This document shows positions 41,436 through 54,778 of a stretch of 64,000 bases of DNA, piece by piece. How positions within the stretch are numbered: position 1 is the first letter of the stretch; each line of letters starts with the position of its first letter. The translations under genes were made by a program, and so were the position numbers. Below the pieces are notes generated by a model that had not been told where the DNA came from, did no database searches, and saw only the letters and a program-made list of their open reading frames with translations. Where the stretch lies: the NCBI RefSeq assembly GCF_963921235.1, contig NC_086108.1, positions 51,090,001-51,154,000 of the forward strand. Direction: 5' to 3'. This DNA is from Mobula hypostoma. Lineage: Eukaryota.

Positions 41436-43035
41436 TATCATATCATTCCTGCTTTTACTATATGTTACTGTTATTTTAGGTTTTATGTGTTATTTGGCAT
41501 GATTTGGTAGGTTATATTTTGGGTCTGGAAACGCTCAAAAATTTTTCCCATATTAATAAATGGTAATTGCTTCTTCACTTTATGACATTTCAGCTTACGA
41601 ACCGTTTCAATGGAACGCTCTACCTTCCATCGGCGGGGGAAATCTGTACAGTGTTGGGAAATTAATAATGTATTTTGGTAAAAGGAACAATGATGCAAGC
41701 TATTATCTAAATGGGGGGAAAATTCAAACTGGAGGTGTGGAAGGACTTAAGAATCCTTGTGCAATACTCATAGAAGGTTAATTTACAGGCTGAGACTGTG
41801 GTAAAGATGGCAAATGCATTGTTAGAAGTTATTTCAAGGGGAACAGAATATAAAAGCAAGGAGGTAATGCTGAGGCTTTATAAGATACTAGTCAAGCCAC
41901 ACTTGGGAGTATTGTCAACAGCTTTGGGTCTTATATCTCAGAAAGGATGTGTTGTCATTGGAGAGAGTCCAGAGGAGATTCACAAGGATGATTCCGAGAA
42001 TGAAGGGGTTAACATACGAGGAGTGTTTGGCAGCTTTGGGCCTGTACACACTGAAATTTAGAAGAATGCGGGGGTATCTCATTGAAACTTACTGAATGTT
42101 GAAAAGTCTAGGTAAGGTGGATGTGGAGATGATCTTTCCTATGGTGGGGGCATGAGGAACTAGCTGACACAGCCTCAAAATTGAGGGGTGACCTTTTAGA
42201 ACAGAGGTAAGGAGGAATCTTTTTAGCCAGAGAGTAGTGAATCTGTGGAATGCGCTGCCAAAGACTGCGGTGGAGGCAAAGTCTGTGGGTGTACTGGAGC
42301 AGAAGTTGATAGTTTCCTGATTGGTTGGGGCATCAAATGATGTAGTAAGAAGGTAGACGTATGGGGTTGAATGGGATCAGGAATCAGCCATGATGGAATG
42401 GCAGAGCAGACTTGATGGGCTGAGTGGCCTAATTCTGCTCCTATGTCTTATGGTCTTAGGTCCACAAACATCTGCTTTAGCTGACCTCTCATTTTACCTC
42501 TTCATAAATTTTCTTAGTTCACTTTGACCAACACTGTTGTTATGCTACTGCAATTGCCTACATTTAAGTTGAGAACAGAAATTTCAGACCCAAATTTCTC
42601 TCCATCAAACTGCATTTGAAATTTCCTTTGGGAATTATTTACAACGAGGCCATCAGTTAACTTGGACTCATTACAAATTGCCTATACCCTAGTTTGTCAA
42701 TGTATTGCACTAAGAAATCATCATCCTTAAGGCTTCCATTGCCAATTTGTTAGTCCAATCAATAATTTAAAAAAACACAAGCAATACCAGAATATCCCTA
42801 AAATGTAGGAGTCCACTACGTTTGAAAACTTACATGGTACTCATGCAAGATTAAATGGCATTGCAACTCATGTTAGAATTAAACCAATGTACTGCATTAT
42901 ACTAATAAATACTGAGGTGAGACCATCATAGGAACTTCTAATGTATGTTTGTGTTTGATGTTTATTTGAATTAGGAAGAGGTCCATTTATCTCTATATTT
43001 ACCATCTTGATTAGGGCAAAACACATATTCTGTCA

Positions 43036-43194
<159 letters not shown>

Positions 43195-46100
43195 CTACTG
43201 TAATGGATTTACTCATATCTATGCACAGAAGCAGACTGTATTTAATTCATACGGTGAAGTTTTCACCTGTAGCCTCAAACTTCACTGTTACAACTTCCAC
43301 AACACTCAAAAGACCATATTCATGAATATTACAGAAGACATACCTTAACTGAAAAAGCTATGTTTTTGGTTTATTTGGTGAATTCAACCATTTCATCCAG
43401 TTCACAATAGGACCCTCATCCCTTTTAAAGATTTCAAGCACTCAGTTCATTGTAACAGTATTGAGTTTTCAAAATACTCCATTTTTATAAGATCACTGAA
43501 TTTTTACACAGGAAACAAAAAACAATGAAATTGAAGTACAGAATCATGATTTAAATAAACGAGGTGGCAAAGACTTGAGGGAATGAATACCCTCACTCTG
43601 TTATTATAATCCCATTTCTGGTTGTGCAACAATGGGCTGCACCACTTATCTGGAAACACTAAAATTTACAAATACAATGTCTATCTATAAATAACCTCCA
43701 TGGTGGAAGGTTCAAGCAATTTGTTTACTTTGTATTTTCAACATAGTCATACATCTCCTGCCATTAACAGGTGAAAAAGATTCATTTGTCATTGGCAATA
43801 AATTTTTAATTGCACATACTCCAGTCAGCTCTTTTCCTCTCCAAAAGAGAAGTTTAGAAGCTTAGACGTGTGAGTATTGGCCTCAAACATTTTCTGTGAT
43901 TAAGTTAGTCTGGAGGCATTCTATTTTAATGTATGGTATCATTTAAATGTTGGACCACAGTATGAAAAAGATCTAGAACATCTTGTAGCACAGCAGCAGG
44001 ACAGCATAAAGTGAAACAAAAATTTATTGTTTCTCTGAGCATGAACTACACATTTCAGTAAATTTTGAGATTAAGACTACTGCAAATTACACAATCACAG
44101 TGAATTATTTTTCAACAAAAAGATACTAAAGATTTTTCAAAAATCAAATTGAACTGAAAACTATTTAAAAGAAAGCTGCTTTAAGTTTAATGGCCTGAAT
44201 TCAGAATATAATGAAACAATTTATTTTCATTTGCTGAAGAAGTTATAATGTCCTTTAGTATCACAGTGATTAAAAGAATTACCTTTGTGCCTGGGTATAA
44301 AGTTTTGATTTTCAAATAGCTTTATTCCTACAGCCAGCCAGCACCGTCTTACACAGAGTGACAATGCCTTATTATCGGAGGACATAAAATTTAAGGTCAG
44401 TAGAAGAAAGTTTATGGGAGATATCAGAGATAGGTTTTTACCCTTTAACCTTTCCTACATCTCCTTTCAGAATGATTCTGTCTCAGCTGCAGGTCAACAA
44501 GCACAAGAATATGTGCTACTGTTTCTTGATGTGAGATTGAATATAGATAGCAAGATGATATACTGAAGATCACAGCAGGTGGAGAATTCGAGTAGAACAT
44601 TAATTACCGTATTTGAGGTAATTGATGACCAATGGACAAGGATTACAGGATTAGATGAACTGAGCCTAAGGCAGCAGATGAAATCATAGAAACCATAGAA
44701 ACTACAGCACAGAAACAGGCCCTTTGGCCCTTCTTGGCTGTGCCAAACCATTTTCTGCCTAGTCCCACTGAACTGCACACGGACCATATCCTTCCATACA
44801 CTTCCCACCCATGTATCTGTCCAATTTATTCTTAAATGTTAAAAAAGAACCCGCATTTACCACCTCGTCTGGCAGCTCATTCCATACTCCCACCACTCTC
44901 TGTGTGAAGAAGCCCCCCCCAATGTTCCCTTTAAACTTTTCCCCCCTCACCCTTAACCCATGTCCTCTGGTTTTTTCCTCCCATTGCCTCAGTGGAAAAA
45001 GCCTGCTTGCATTCACTCTATCTATACCCATCATAATTTCATATACCTCTATCAAATCTCCCCTCATTCTTCTACGCTCCAGGGAATAAAGTCCTAACCT
45101 ATTCAACCTTTCTCTGTAACTGAGTTTCTCAAGTCCCGGCAACATCCTTATAAACCTTCTCTGCACTCTTTCAACCTTATTTATATCCTTCCTGTAATTT
45201 GTTGACCAAACCTGAACACAATACTCCAGATTCGGCCTCACCAATGCCTTATACAACCTCATCATAACATTCCAGCTCTTATACTCAATACTTCGATTAA
45301 TAAAGGCCAATGTACCAAAAGCTCTCATTACGACCCTATCTACCTGTGACGACACTTTTAGGGAATTTTGTATCTGTATTCCCAGATCCCTCTGTTCCAC
45401 TGCACTCCTCAGTGCCTTACCATTAACCCTGTATGTTCTACCTTGGTTTGTCCTTCCAACGTGCAATACCTCACACTTGTCAGTATTAAACTCCATCTGC
45501 CATTTTTCAGCCCATTTTTCCAGCTGGTCCAAGTCCCTCTGCAGGCTCTGAAAACCTTCCTCACTATCTACTACACCTCCAATCTTTGTATCATCAGCAA
45601 ACTTGCTGATCCAATTTACCACATTATCATCCAGATCATTGATATAGATGACAAATAACAATGGACCCAGCACTGATCCCTGTGGCACACCACTAGTCAC
45701 AGGCCTCCACTCAGAGAAGCAATTCTCTACCACCACTCTCTGGCTTCTTCCATCGAGCCAATGTCTAATCCAATTTACCACCTCTCCATGTATACCTAGC
45801 GACTGAATTTTCCTAACTAACTTCCCATGCGGGACCTTGTCAAAGGCCTTACTGAAGTCCATGTAGACAATATCCACTGCCTTCCCTTCATCCACTTTCC
45901 TGGTAACCTTCTCGAAATACTCCAACAGATTGGTCAAACATGACCTACCACGCACAAAGCCATGTTGACTCTCCCTAATAAGCCCCTGTCTATCCAAATG
46001 CTTGTAGATTCTGTCTCTTAGTACTCCCTCCAATAACTTACCTACTACTGACGTTAAGCTCACCGGCCTATAATTTCCCGGATTACTGTTCGATCCTTTT

Positions 46101-46546
46101 TTAAACAACGGAACAACATGAGCCACTCTCCAATCCTCCGGCACTTCACCCGTAGACAGCGACATTTTAAATATTTCTGCCAGGGCCCCCACAATTTCAA
46201 CACTAGTCTCCTTCAAGGTCCGAGGGAACACTCTGTCAGGTCCCGGGGATTTATCCACTTTAATTTTCCTCAAGACAGCAAGCACCTCCTCCTTTTCAAT
46301 CTGTACAGTTTCCATGGTCTCACTACTTGATTCCCTCAATTCCATAGATTTCATGCCAGCTTCCTTAGTAAATACAGACGCAAAAAACCTATTTAAGATC
46401 TCCCCCATTTCCTTTGGTTCCGCACAAAGCCGACCACTCTGATCTTCAAGAGGACCAATTTTATCCCTTACAATCCTTTTGCTCTTAATATACTTGTAAA
46501 AGCTCTTTGGATTATCCTTCACTTTGACTGCCAAGGCAACCTCATG

Positions 46547-47808
46547 CAACACACATCAAAGTTGCTGGTGAACGCAGCAGGCCAGGCAGCATCTCTAGGA
46601 AGAGGTGCAGTCGACGTTTCAGGCTGAGACCCTTCGTCAGGACTAACTGAAGGAAGAGTGAGTAAGGGATTTGAAAGTTGGAGGGGGAGGGGGAGATCCA
46701 AAATGATAGGAGAAGACAGGAGGGGGAGGGATAGAGCCAAGAGCTGGACAGGTGATAGGCAAAAGGGGATACGAGAGGATCATGGGACAGGAGGTCCGGG
46801 AAGAAAGACAAGGGGGGGGGGACCCAGAGGATGGGCAAGAGGTATATTCAGAGGGACAGAGGGAGAAAAAGGAGAGTGAGAGAAAGAATGTGTGCATAAA
46901 AATGAGTAACAGATGGGGTACGAGGGGGAGGTGGGGCCTAGCAGAAGTTAGAGAAGTCGATGTTCATGCCATCAGGTTGGAGGTTACCCAGACGGAATAT
47001 AAGGTGTTGTTCCTCCAACCTGAGTGTGGCTTCATCTTTACAGTAGAGGAGGCCGTGGATAAACATGTCAGAATGGGAATGGGATGTGGAATTAAAATGT
47101 GTGGCCACTGGGAGATCCTGCTTTCTCTGCGGACAGAGCGTAGATGTTCAGCAAAGCGGTCTCCCAGTCTGCGTCGGGTCTCGCCAATATACAAAAGGCC
47201 ACATCGGGAGCACCGGACGCAGTATATCACCCCAGTCGACTCACAGGTGAAGTGTTGCCTCATCTGGAGGGACTGTTTGGGGCCCTGAATGGTGGTAAGG
47301 GAGGAAGTGTAAGGGCATGTGTAGCACTTGTTCCGCTTACACGGATAAGTGCCAGGAGGGAGATCATTGGGGAGGGATGGGGGCGACGAATGGACAAGGG
47401 AGTTGTGTAGGGAGCGATCCCTGCGGAATGCAGAGAGAGGCGGGGAGGGAAAGATGTGCTTAGTGGTGGGATCCCGCTGGAGGTGGCGGAAGTTACGGAG
47501 AATAATATGTTGGGCCCGGAGGCTGGTGGGGCGGTAGGTGAGGACCAGGGGAACCCTATTCCTAGTGGGGTGGTGGGAGGATGGAGTGAGAGCAGATGTA
47601 CGTGAAATGGGGGAGATGCGTTTAAGAGCAGAGTTGATAGTGGAGGAAGGGAAGCCCCTTTCTTTAAAAAAGGAAGACATCTCCCTCATCCTAGAATGAA
47701 AAGCCTCATCCTGACAGCAGATGCGGCGGAGACGGAGGAATTGCGAGAAGGGGATGGCGTTTTTGCAAGAGACAGGGTGAGAAGAGGAATAGTCCGGATA
47801 GCTGTGAG
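46547..47808 (-). mobile_element. 5'-truncated Penelope-like retroelement (RT thumb, GIY-YIG endonuclease, 3' terminal region) with 13-bp TSD
   Basis: SSSHPVSCKNAIPFSQFLRLRRIC, CKRNKCYTC, GVIYCVRCSRCGLLYIGETRRRLGDRFAEH; TSD aggcaacctcatg at 46534-46546 and 47809-47821. Confidence 0.93.
46609..46644 (-). ncRNA. Minimal type-I hammerhead ribozyme motif of the Penelope-like element
   Basis: Minus strand AGUC-CUGACGA-A-GGGUCUCAGCCU-GAAA-CG-UC^GACU: stem I AGUC/GACU, core CUGANGA and GAAA, palindromic ACGU at stem III, GUC cleavage triplet. Confidence 0.75.
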
Positions 47809-49149
47809 AGGCAACCTCATGTCTTCTTTTAGCCCTCCTGATTTCTTTCTTAAGTATTTTCTTGCACTTCTTATACTCCTCAAGCACCTGATTTACCCCC
47901 TGTTTCCTATACATTTCATACAACTCCCTCTTCTTCTTTATCAGAGTTGCAATATCCCTTGAGAACCAAGGTTCCTTATTCCTATTCAATTTGCCTTTAA
48001 TCCTGACAGGAACATACAAACTCTGCACTCTCAAAATTTCCCCTTTGAAGGCTTCCCACCTACCAATCACATCTTTGCCAGAGAACAACCTGTCCCAATC
48101 CACGCTTTTTAAATCCTTTCTCATTTCTTCAAATTTGGCCTTCTTCCAGTTCAGAACCTCAACCCTAGGACCAGATCTATCCTTGTCCATGATCAAATTG
48201 AAACTAATGGTGTTATGATCACTGGAACCAAAGTGCTCCCCTACACAGACTTCTGTCACTTGCCCTAATTCGTTTCCTAACAGGAGATCCAATATTGCAT
48301 CCCCTCTAGTTGGTCCCTCTATATACTGATTTAGAAAACTTTCCTGAACACATTTTACAAACTCTAAACCATCTAGACCCCTAACAGTATGGGAATCCCA
48401 ATCAATGTATGGAAAATTAAAATCCCCTACCACCACAACTTTATGTTTCCTGCAGTTGCCTGCTACCTCTCTGCAGATTTGCTCTTCCAAGTCTCGTTGA
48501 CTATTGGGTGGTCTGTAATACAATCCCACTAATGTGGCCATACCTTTCCTGTTTCTCAGCTCCACCCATAAGGACTCAGTAGACAAGCCCTCTAATCTGT
48601 CCTGCCTGAGCACTGCTGTAATATTTTCCCTAACAAGCAATGCTACTCCCCCACCTTCCATTCCTCTGCCTCGATCACATCTGAAACATCAGAACCCTGG
48701 AATATTAAGCTGCCAGTCCTGCCCCTCCTGTAGCCAAGTTTCACTAATTGCTACAACATCATAATTCCACGTGTCAATCCACGCCCTCAACTCATCCGCC
48801 TTCCCCGCAATACTCCTAGCATTGAAATATATACACCTCAGAAGATTTTTACCACCACTCACAACCTTTCTATCAGCAGATTTGCTTAAACTTTCAATAT
48901 AATTTATTTTCACCCCAATCACACTGTCAGCTCTGGCACTCTGGTTCCCATCCCCCTGCAAATCTAGTTTAAAGCCTCCCCAATAGCACTAACAAAGATG
49001 ATGACATAAGTATGCATTGTTTATTGAAGATATACGGTACACTACTGAATTAAATGTTCACCTCCAACTCAAGAGATTGCTGAGGTTTATAAATCTCCTG
49101 GTTCAGCTTAATGCAGCGGTATTATTAGCAGAAGCAGTACTTATTGCAG

Positions 49150-49400
49150 GGGGAGGGAGGGGAAGGGAGGAAGGGGAACGTCGAACGTCGACTCAGACCA
49201 TGAGAGTCCTGCGTCGGGCATTTTCATGCCTTACAAGGTGCAGATTGGAAGTCTGTGTGGGGCACCAGTCCTCGCACAGACTAGAGCAATGTGTGATTAA
49301 GTGCCTTGCTCAAGGACACAAACACACTGCCACAGCTGAGGTTCGAACTAGTGACCTTCAAATCACTAGACGAACGCCTTAACCACTTAGCCATGTGCCC
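49150..49400 (-). mobile_element. tRNA-derived SINE (5' part) with Pol III boxes and CORE-like domain
   Basis: Minus strand: A box TGGCTAAGTGG, B box GTTCGAACC, then gtgtccttgagcaaggcacttaa. Confidence 0.75.
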
Positions 49401-49923
49401 AGCACAATACTTATTGCAAGTATGTATGTAAGTAAGTAAGTAAGTATGGTAATATGTGTAACATTTAATTAGAGAAGTTGATCCTGTAAACCGAGAAGTG
49501 AACAAAGAAAAAAAATCAAGGAGAGGTAGAACAGTGTTTTGAATGTACACATGAAACCTGTCCCTATTTAGTGACATAAGCAAGGACAAGAAAATAATTA
49601 ACAGAGGAAGCAGAGTTAATTAAGACAAAGTAAATTTATTGTCAGCAGATTAATCTAAGAGATGAAGAGTGTAGCAGATGGAAAAAGCAATTAGAAAACA
49701 ATGTTGGGAAGTAAGTCAGGCTGTGGCAAATCCTGGAGATGACTTGGTCAAGTGGACAAGAGGTAATGTGGCTGTAATTATTTGTGTTATCAATGAAGTA
49801 AATAGTTAATAAGCCACTGTGCTGCTGTTTAAGGTTGATTTATAATTCACACAATACCAAAATTGGGTTTTGCATTTTTTAAACCACAACTAAACTTTAC
49901 AATCATATTTGGATTATCCTTCA

Positions 49924-50115
<192 letters not shown>

Positions 50116-51879
50116 CTAAAACACAAAGATACACATAATTATATATTATTTTTACCCAAAGATCCAAGGCCATTTTTAAAACAAAAATTTAATTAGGAAT
50201 CCTGCTTAATTTCAAAGCACATAGTTAAAACTTGTAGGAAATTTAATTATGATGAAAGCTGTATAAATACTGCCCAATGCAAAGTTATCGTTTGCCAGGA
50301 AACAACAGAACTTACTCCGGCAGAAACTTAAAGTGGAAGTATATTTACAGATATTTCAACTTTAACAAGCAATTAATAGGATGAGGCCCCATTACCGTTA
50401 CACCAATCTAAACGTGCACAAAAACATTGGAGCTCATTGCTGGATAGTTGGGTGCTTCACTTTAATTATGGCACGGAACCCACGTCCTGTGTAAAAGACA
50501 CAAGCCATAGTTCAAACTTCACTTGAAGACTATTACCAACGAACTGGCTAACTCACAAGTATTGGCACTTCTTCCTTGGAACCATTCATCTACACAAAGC
50601 ACTTGTTACAATGGAGTCTCTCCTTTGGGTGGGATTCTGCGAGCTTCTTCCCTTGTGCTCTGCTCCGCACCTCCTTCTTCCAACACCTGTCAACCAAAGC
50701 CCAAAACCAACCCACAGTCCCTAGAAATCTGATGCTGCCAAGCTCTCTCGAATGTCCCATGGCATCCCACTGGAGAGAATGTTATCAAGACAAACCCAAT
50801 TGGCTGACACAACATTCCTAAACTAAGCAAATGACTCCTCATCTGAGCAGAAACCAATATTGGACTGTGAAGCTTAATTAACAGGACACACTGCATTTTA
50901 CAGAAAAGCTGCTGAAACTAAAAGACTTAACAGTATAACAGTAGTAATACAATAAAACATGCTCTTAATCAGGGCATTACATATTTTGGTGACCCATGGA
51001 TGACCACATATTACACTCAAGTTCTTAAAGATAAACCACTATAATTTATAAATTAGATTTGTTAAAATCTTTTCATTATAACAACAACATTTATTCTTGT
51101 GATCTATCATAAATTCAAACTGATTCAGGCTTAAGGTTACCATTCATCATTTCTAGTAAAATTTATTTTTTGGATGTTTATTTTGTGGTTTTTATCTGTA
51201 TCTTTTGTCAATGACTTTAATTTCCAATTAATGAAAATAATACTTGATTTGAAGCTATTCGTGAAACAGGGCTTTGTGATTGCATCAAGAATAATTTATT
51301 TGAATAAGCTTTTGAACCTACCCAGGAAAAGGCAATTTTAGGTTTGGTCATGTATGATAAGTCAGAAATAAAAGGAGATCTTGAAGCTTGGACCTTCCAG
51401 AGATTTGAATTCTAGATACTATGTGAGGGTGAACAACTTTGATCCAAAACCAGTGTCCTTGGTTTAAATAAGGACAATTACAAAGGAGTGGAGGAAGAAC
51501 TAGACTGAGGCAAAAGGTTATGGCAAAGATCTGCAATAGTAGCTGATCAAAAGCATCATATCTCTCGGTTATGGGAGCTGTTTAGCGCTGCACTGACAAA
51601 TGACAAAATGTCGAAATGATCATTTTAAATACCAAAGTTAACTGTTTCACGTTCAATGGACAAACAATATACACATTCTTAAAAGTATTTCAGTGGCTGA
51701 GGGAGAGATACTGTTTGTGGATTTGTTTTAAAGAAAACCAATATTGCGCTGTTAACAAGTAAAAGGAGCTGGATAACATTCTATCAGCAATTGATTTCAT
51801 GATGAAGATCGGAGACGAAAATGCTGGAACATCTATTTTCAGTATGGGGTTTCCAACATCTCTACTAACATCAAAAAAA

Positions 51880-52797
51880 CCTATGACATGGCTATATGCA
51901 GCATTGGGGTCCCACAGGGGACTGCACTGGTTCCCTTCCTGTTTATCTTGTATATTTCAGACTTTAGATACTACACTGAATCATGTCATCTTCAGAAATT
52001 CTCTGATGACTCGCTAATAGTTGGGTGTTATAGGGAGGATGTGAGAAAAAATACAGGATTCCAATGATGGACTGTCTTACTGATGTTGAGCTGCAGAAGA
52101 CCAAGCTTGCACTGTTCCCTGTTACTACTGATGGTGAGGACCTTCAAGTACCTGGGGGTGCACCTGAATGACAGACTTAAGTGAAGTACTAACAAAGAGG
52201 CTGTACACAAAAAGGGCCAGAGTCACCTCTACTTTCTGAGAAGACCGACATCCTTTGGAGTATGTAGGCCTCTCCTTCACATATCCTACCAGTCTGTTGT
52301 CACCAGTACAATCTTCTATATGGCGGTGTGCTGGGGCAATGGCATCAACACATGTGATGCTAACAGGTTTAATAAACTGATTAGAAAGGCTGGCACTGTT
52401 ATAGGAGTCAAACTGAACATACTGGAGGACATGGTAAAACAAAAGACCCCATGGAAAATCCTGGGAAATCTGAACAATGTTTCTCACCCTCTGCATGCCA
52501 CCTTGGCTGAACAGAGGAGTACTTTTAGTAATAGACTAAGACAACTGTGCTGCTCCAAAGAGCGCTATATGAGGTCATTCTTACCTTCAGCCATTAGGCT
52601 CTATGAGTCAACCTATAACCAGGTTAAGTATGACCCTCTCCTGTTGGACTGTTTGAATAACTTTTTTTACATATACTTTCTTACTTCTCTTCTAACATTT
52701 GTATATTTGTATACATGTGCACTTGTAATGCTAATGTGACACTGCAATTTCCTTTGAGATCAATAAAGTATCTATCCATCTATTTATCTACCTATCT
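51880..52797 (+). mobile_element. Rex1/Babar-like LINE 3' part
   Basis: GVPQGT.L, QKFSDDS, FKYLGVHL, AVCWG..I...DANR.NKLIRKA, HPLH, SFLPSAIRLY; aataaa plus (TATC)n tail. Confidence 0.8.
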
Positions 52798-53781
52798 AAA
52801 CAAATCCCAACCCAAGAAAAGACATTAGAAAAGTAGTTATTAATTCCACCCCTCATCAAAATCAGCTAAAATCAAATTGGTACAAAGTATTTCACTGCTA
52901 AATTAGAGATTGTCTGGTCTAATTTTTTCCAGATTTTCACTGGAAGCATTTTTCAGCTATTTCTTTTAATAAGTATTGAATCATTTTGATTTTTAAAATC
53001 CAGAAAATTGGTGGATATTTATTAAAAAAAAACTCCATACATGTAATATCTTATTATACTGTATCCTGATCCAACAGTTGGCAAATATAAATAAACGTTT
53101 ATCTTTGCCACTTCTAAACAGCACCAAAACAGAGCATGCTAAATTTTTAAAATTAAAATAACAAAATAATAGTTCACCTTAATTATAAATCAATACAAGG
53201 TTCTTCAAAGTGTGCAGTAAAACAGTCTGCTGATACATTCAATGAGGAATGCAGTGGTATACCAATATCAAATATGCTGAATTCAATGTTAAATACATGG
53301 CCGAGCAGAGGTCATATCTGCTGGATTCAATGGTGAGTATAGTGAGGGATCAGGAAGTCAGGTATGCTGAACAATCGAGTCCAGCAATGGAACAAAAGGT
53401 CAGATGTGCTGGATTAAATAGTGGCTAAAGTAGAAGAGCAAGAGATTGGGTGCAATGGAAATAAGAATATGTTTAATTGTTGCACAAGAGACTGGACACA
53501 CCAGAATCTGACTTCCCACTTGTTTAAAATGTTCCCAGTTGAATGACAGATACAAATTATGAGAAGAGATGAGCCATAGGACTCAGTCACCTAGTTTCAT
53601 CTGGCTCAACAGAAATTAGCTGGCAATCAAAAATAAGAAGTCTCATGAACTTGCCTGTAAATGGATGTAAATCAACAGCATTATGGAAGCAAAAAAGACA
53701 ATTTAAAAATATAACTGGAAGGAGGCAACAGAACTTAATATAAAATCAATTATTCAATAGCTAATCTGAGTCATCCACTCA

Positions 53782-53982
<201 letters not shown>

Positions 53983-54778
53983 TCAATTTTCTCAGTAAAA
54001 GACTATGATTAAACATAATCAAACAACAGCTCAACAGACTTAACTGCATTCCACATCAATTATTTTGCTTTGTAAGTAAACAGGAATACCTGTGTCTCAA
54101 GTCAAGAGATTAAATACATTAATTCCACTGAATTAAAAATGAATGCTTGGAAAAAATATACTAAATTGGAAACTATTAAAATCTTAAAGCACTAGAAAAT
54201 CACGTTTGCTTGCAACTAAAATTTTATCAGATCAAATCATCAAATATTACAAACACAAGTAGTACATTGTTAAAAATACATGGGCCTACAGCTAAACTAA
54301 GGATATACTAACAAAGCAATTTTCAAATTACCCTCATATTTCTTGCATTAAGGAATTTATTTCTGAAGTATCTATACCAAAATTGTGCCATGATTTGAAG
54401 TGTTTCAGTGTAGCAAATTTAACCAATACAAGTGGCTCCAGCATATAAGAATGAAGAAGATCCTAACCTAAATGTGCTTTGTAAGATTTGCAGGAAGCAA
54501 ATATTTAAGCTTTGGGAGATGAATATACAAACTGAAAGCAGAACATAACCTTTCAGCTACTCGAGTCTACTCTGCCATTTATTATGATCAAGGTATAAAT
54601 CTGATTTTAACCTCGAAACTGCCAGTGCTGCTCCAGGTGGTTTAAACTAGTGGTAAGAAGTGCAAGTCAGCAAGTGGGATGGCTATAGGGAAAGAGGATG
54701 TTAAACCTACATGTAAAGACAAACACCTAAAGGCTAAGCATGGTGGAACTAACGTTCTGAATTGTGTATATTTTAATA

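Larger units (their letters stand above)
38943..41646 (+). mobile_element. Tigger (TcMar/pogo) DNA transposon, full length, TA TSD
   Basis: TA at 38941-38942 and 41647-41648; imperfect TIRs caggtgtcccctgc and gcgggggaaatctg; contains the transposase ORF. Confidence 0.93.
36281..42460 (+). mobile_element. CR1 LINE (ORF1 esterase to 3'UTR, degraded), split by a Tigger at 38943-41646
   Basis: DIGTNDIG, IYRPPNS, GDFD, KSSGP; RT reads WQME-Y|SVG across the Tigger insertion; tail tcttatggtctt. Confidence 0.9.
44683..48995 (-). mobile_element. Young CR1 LINE with almost intact ORF2, interrupted by a Penelope-like element
   Basis: ORF2 frame open 48961 to 47809 except one TGA at 48689-48691 (likely CGA>TGA); RT portion to 44759 is uninterrupted; accatagaa-type tail. 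Confidence 0.95.

Noticed and set aside
49320..49400. Possible tRNA gene (A and B boxes)
   Set aside because: Continues into a SINE body with no proper acceptor stem or T-run terminator
53300..53460. Weak recurring ggtca..t.tgctggatt motif
   Set aside because: Too degenerate and too few units to call an array; no CRISPR-like repeat-spacer structure was seen in the window
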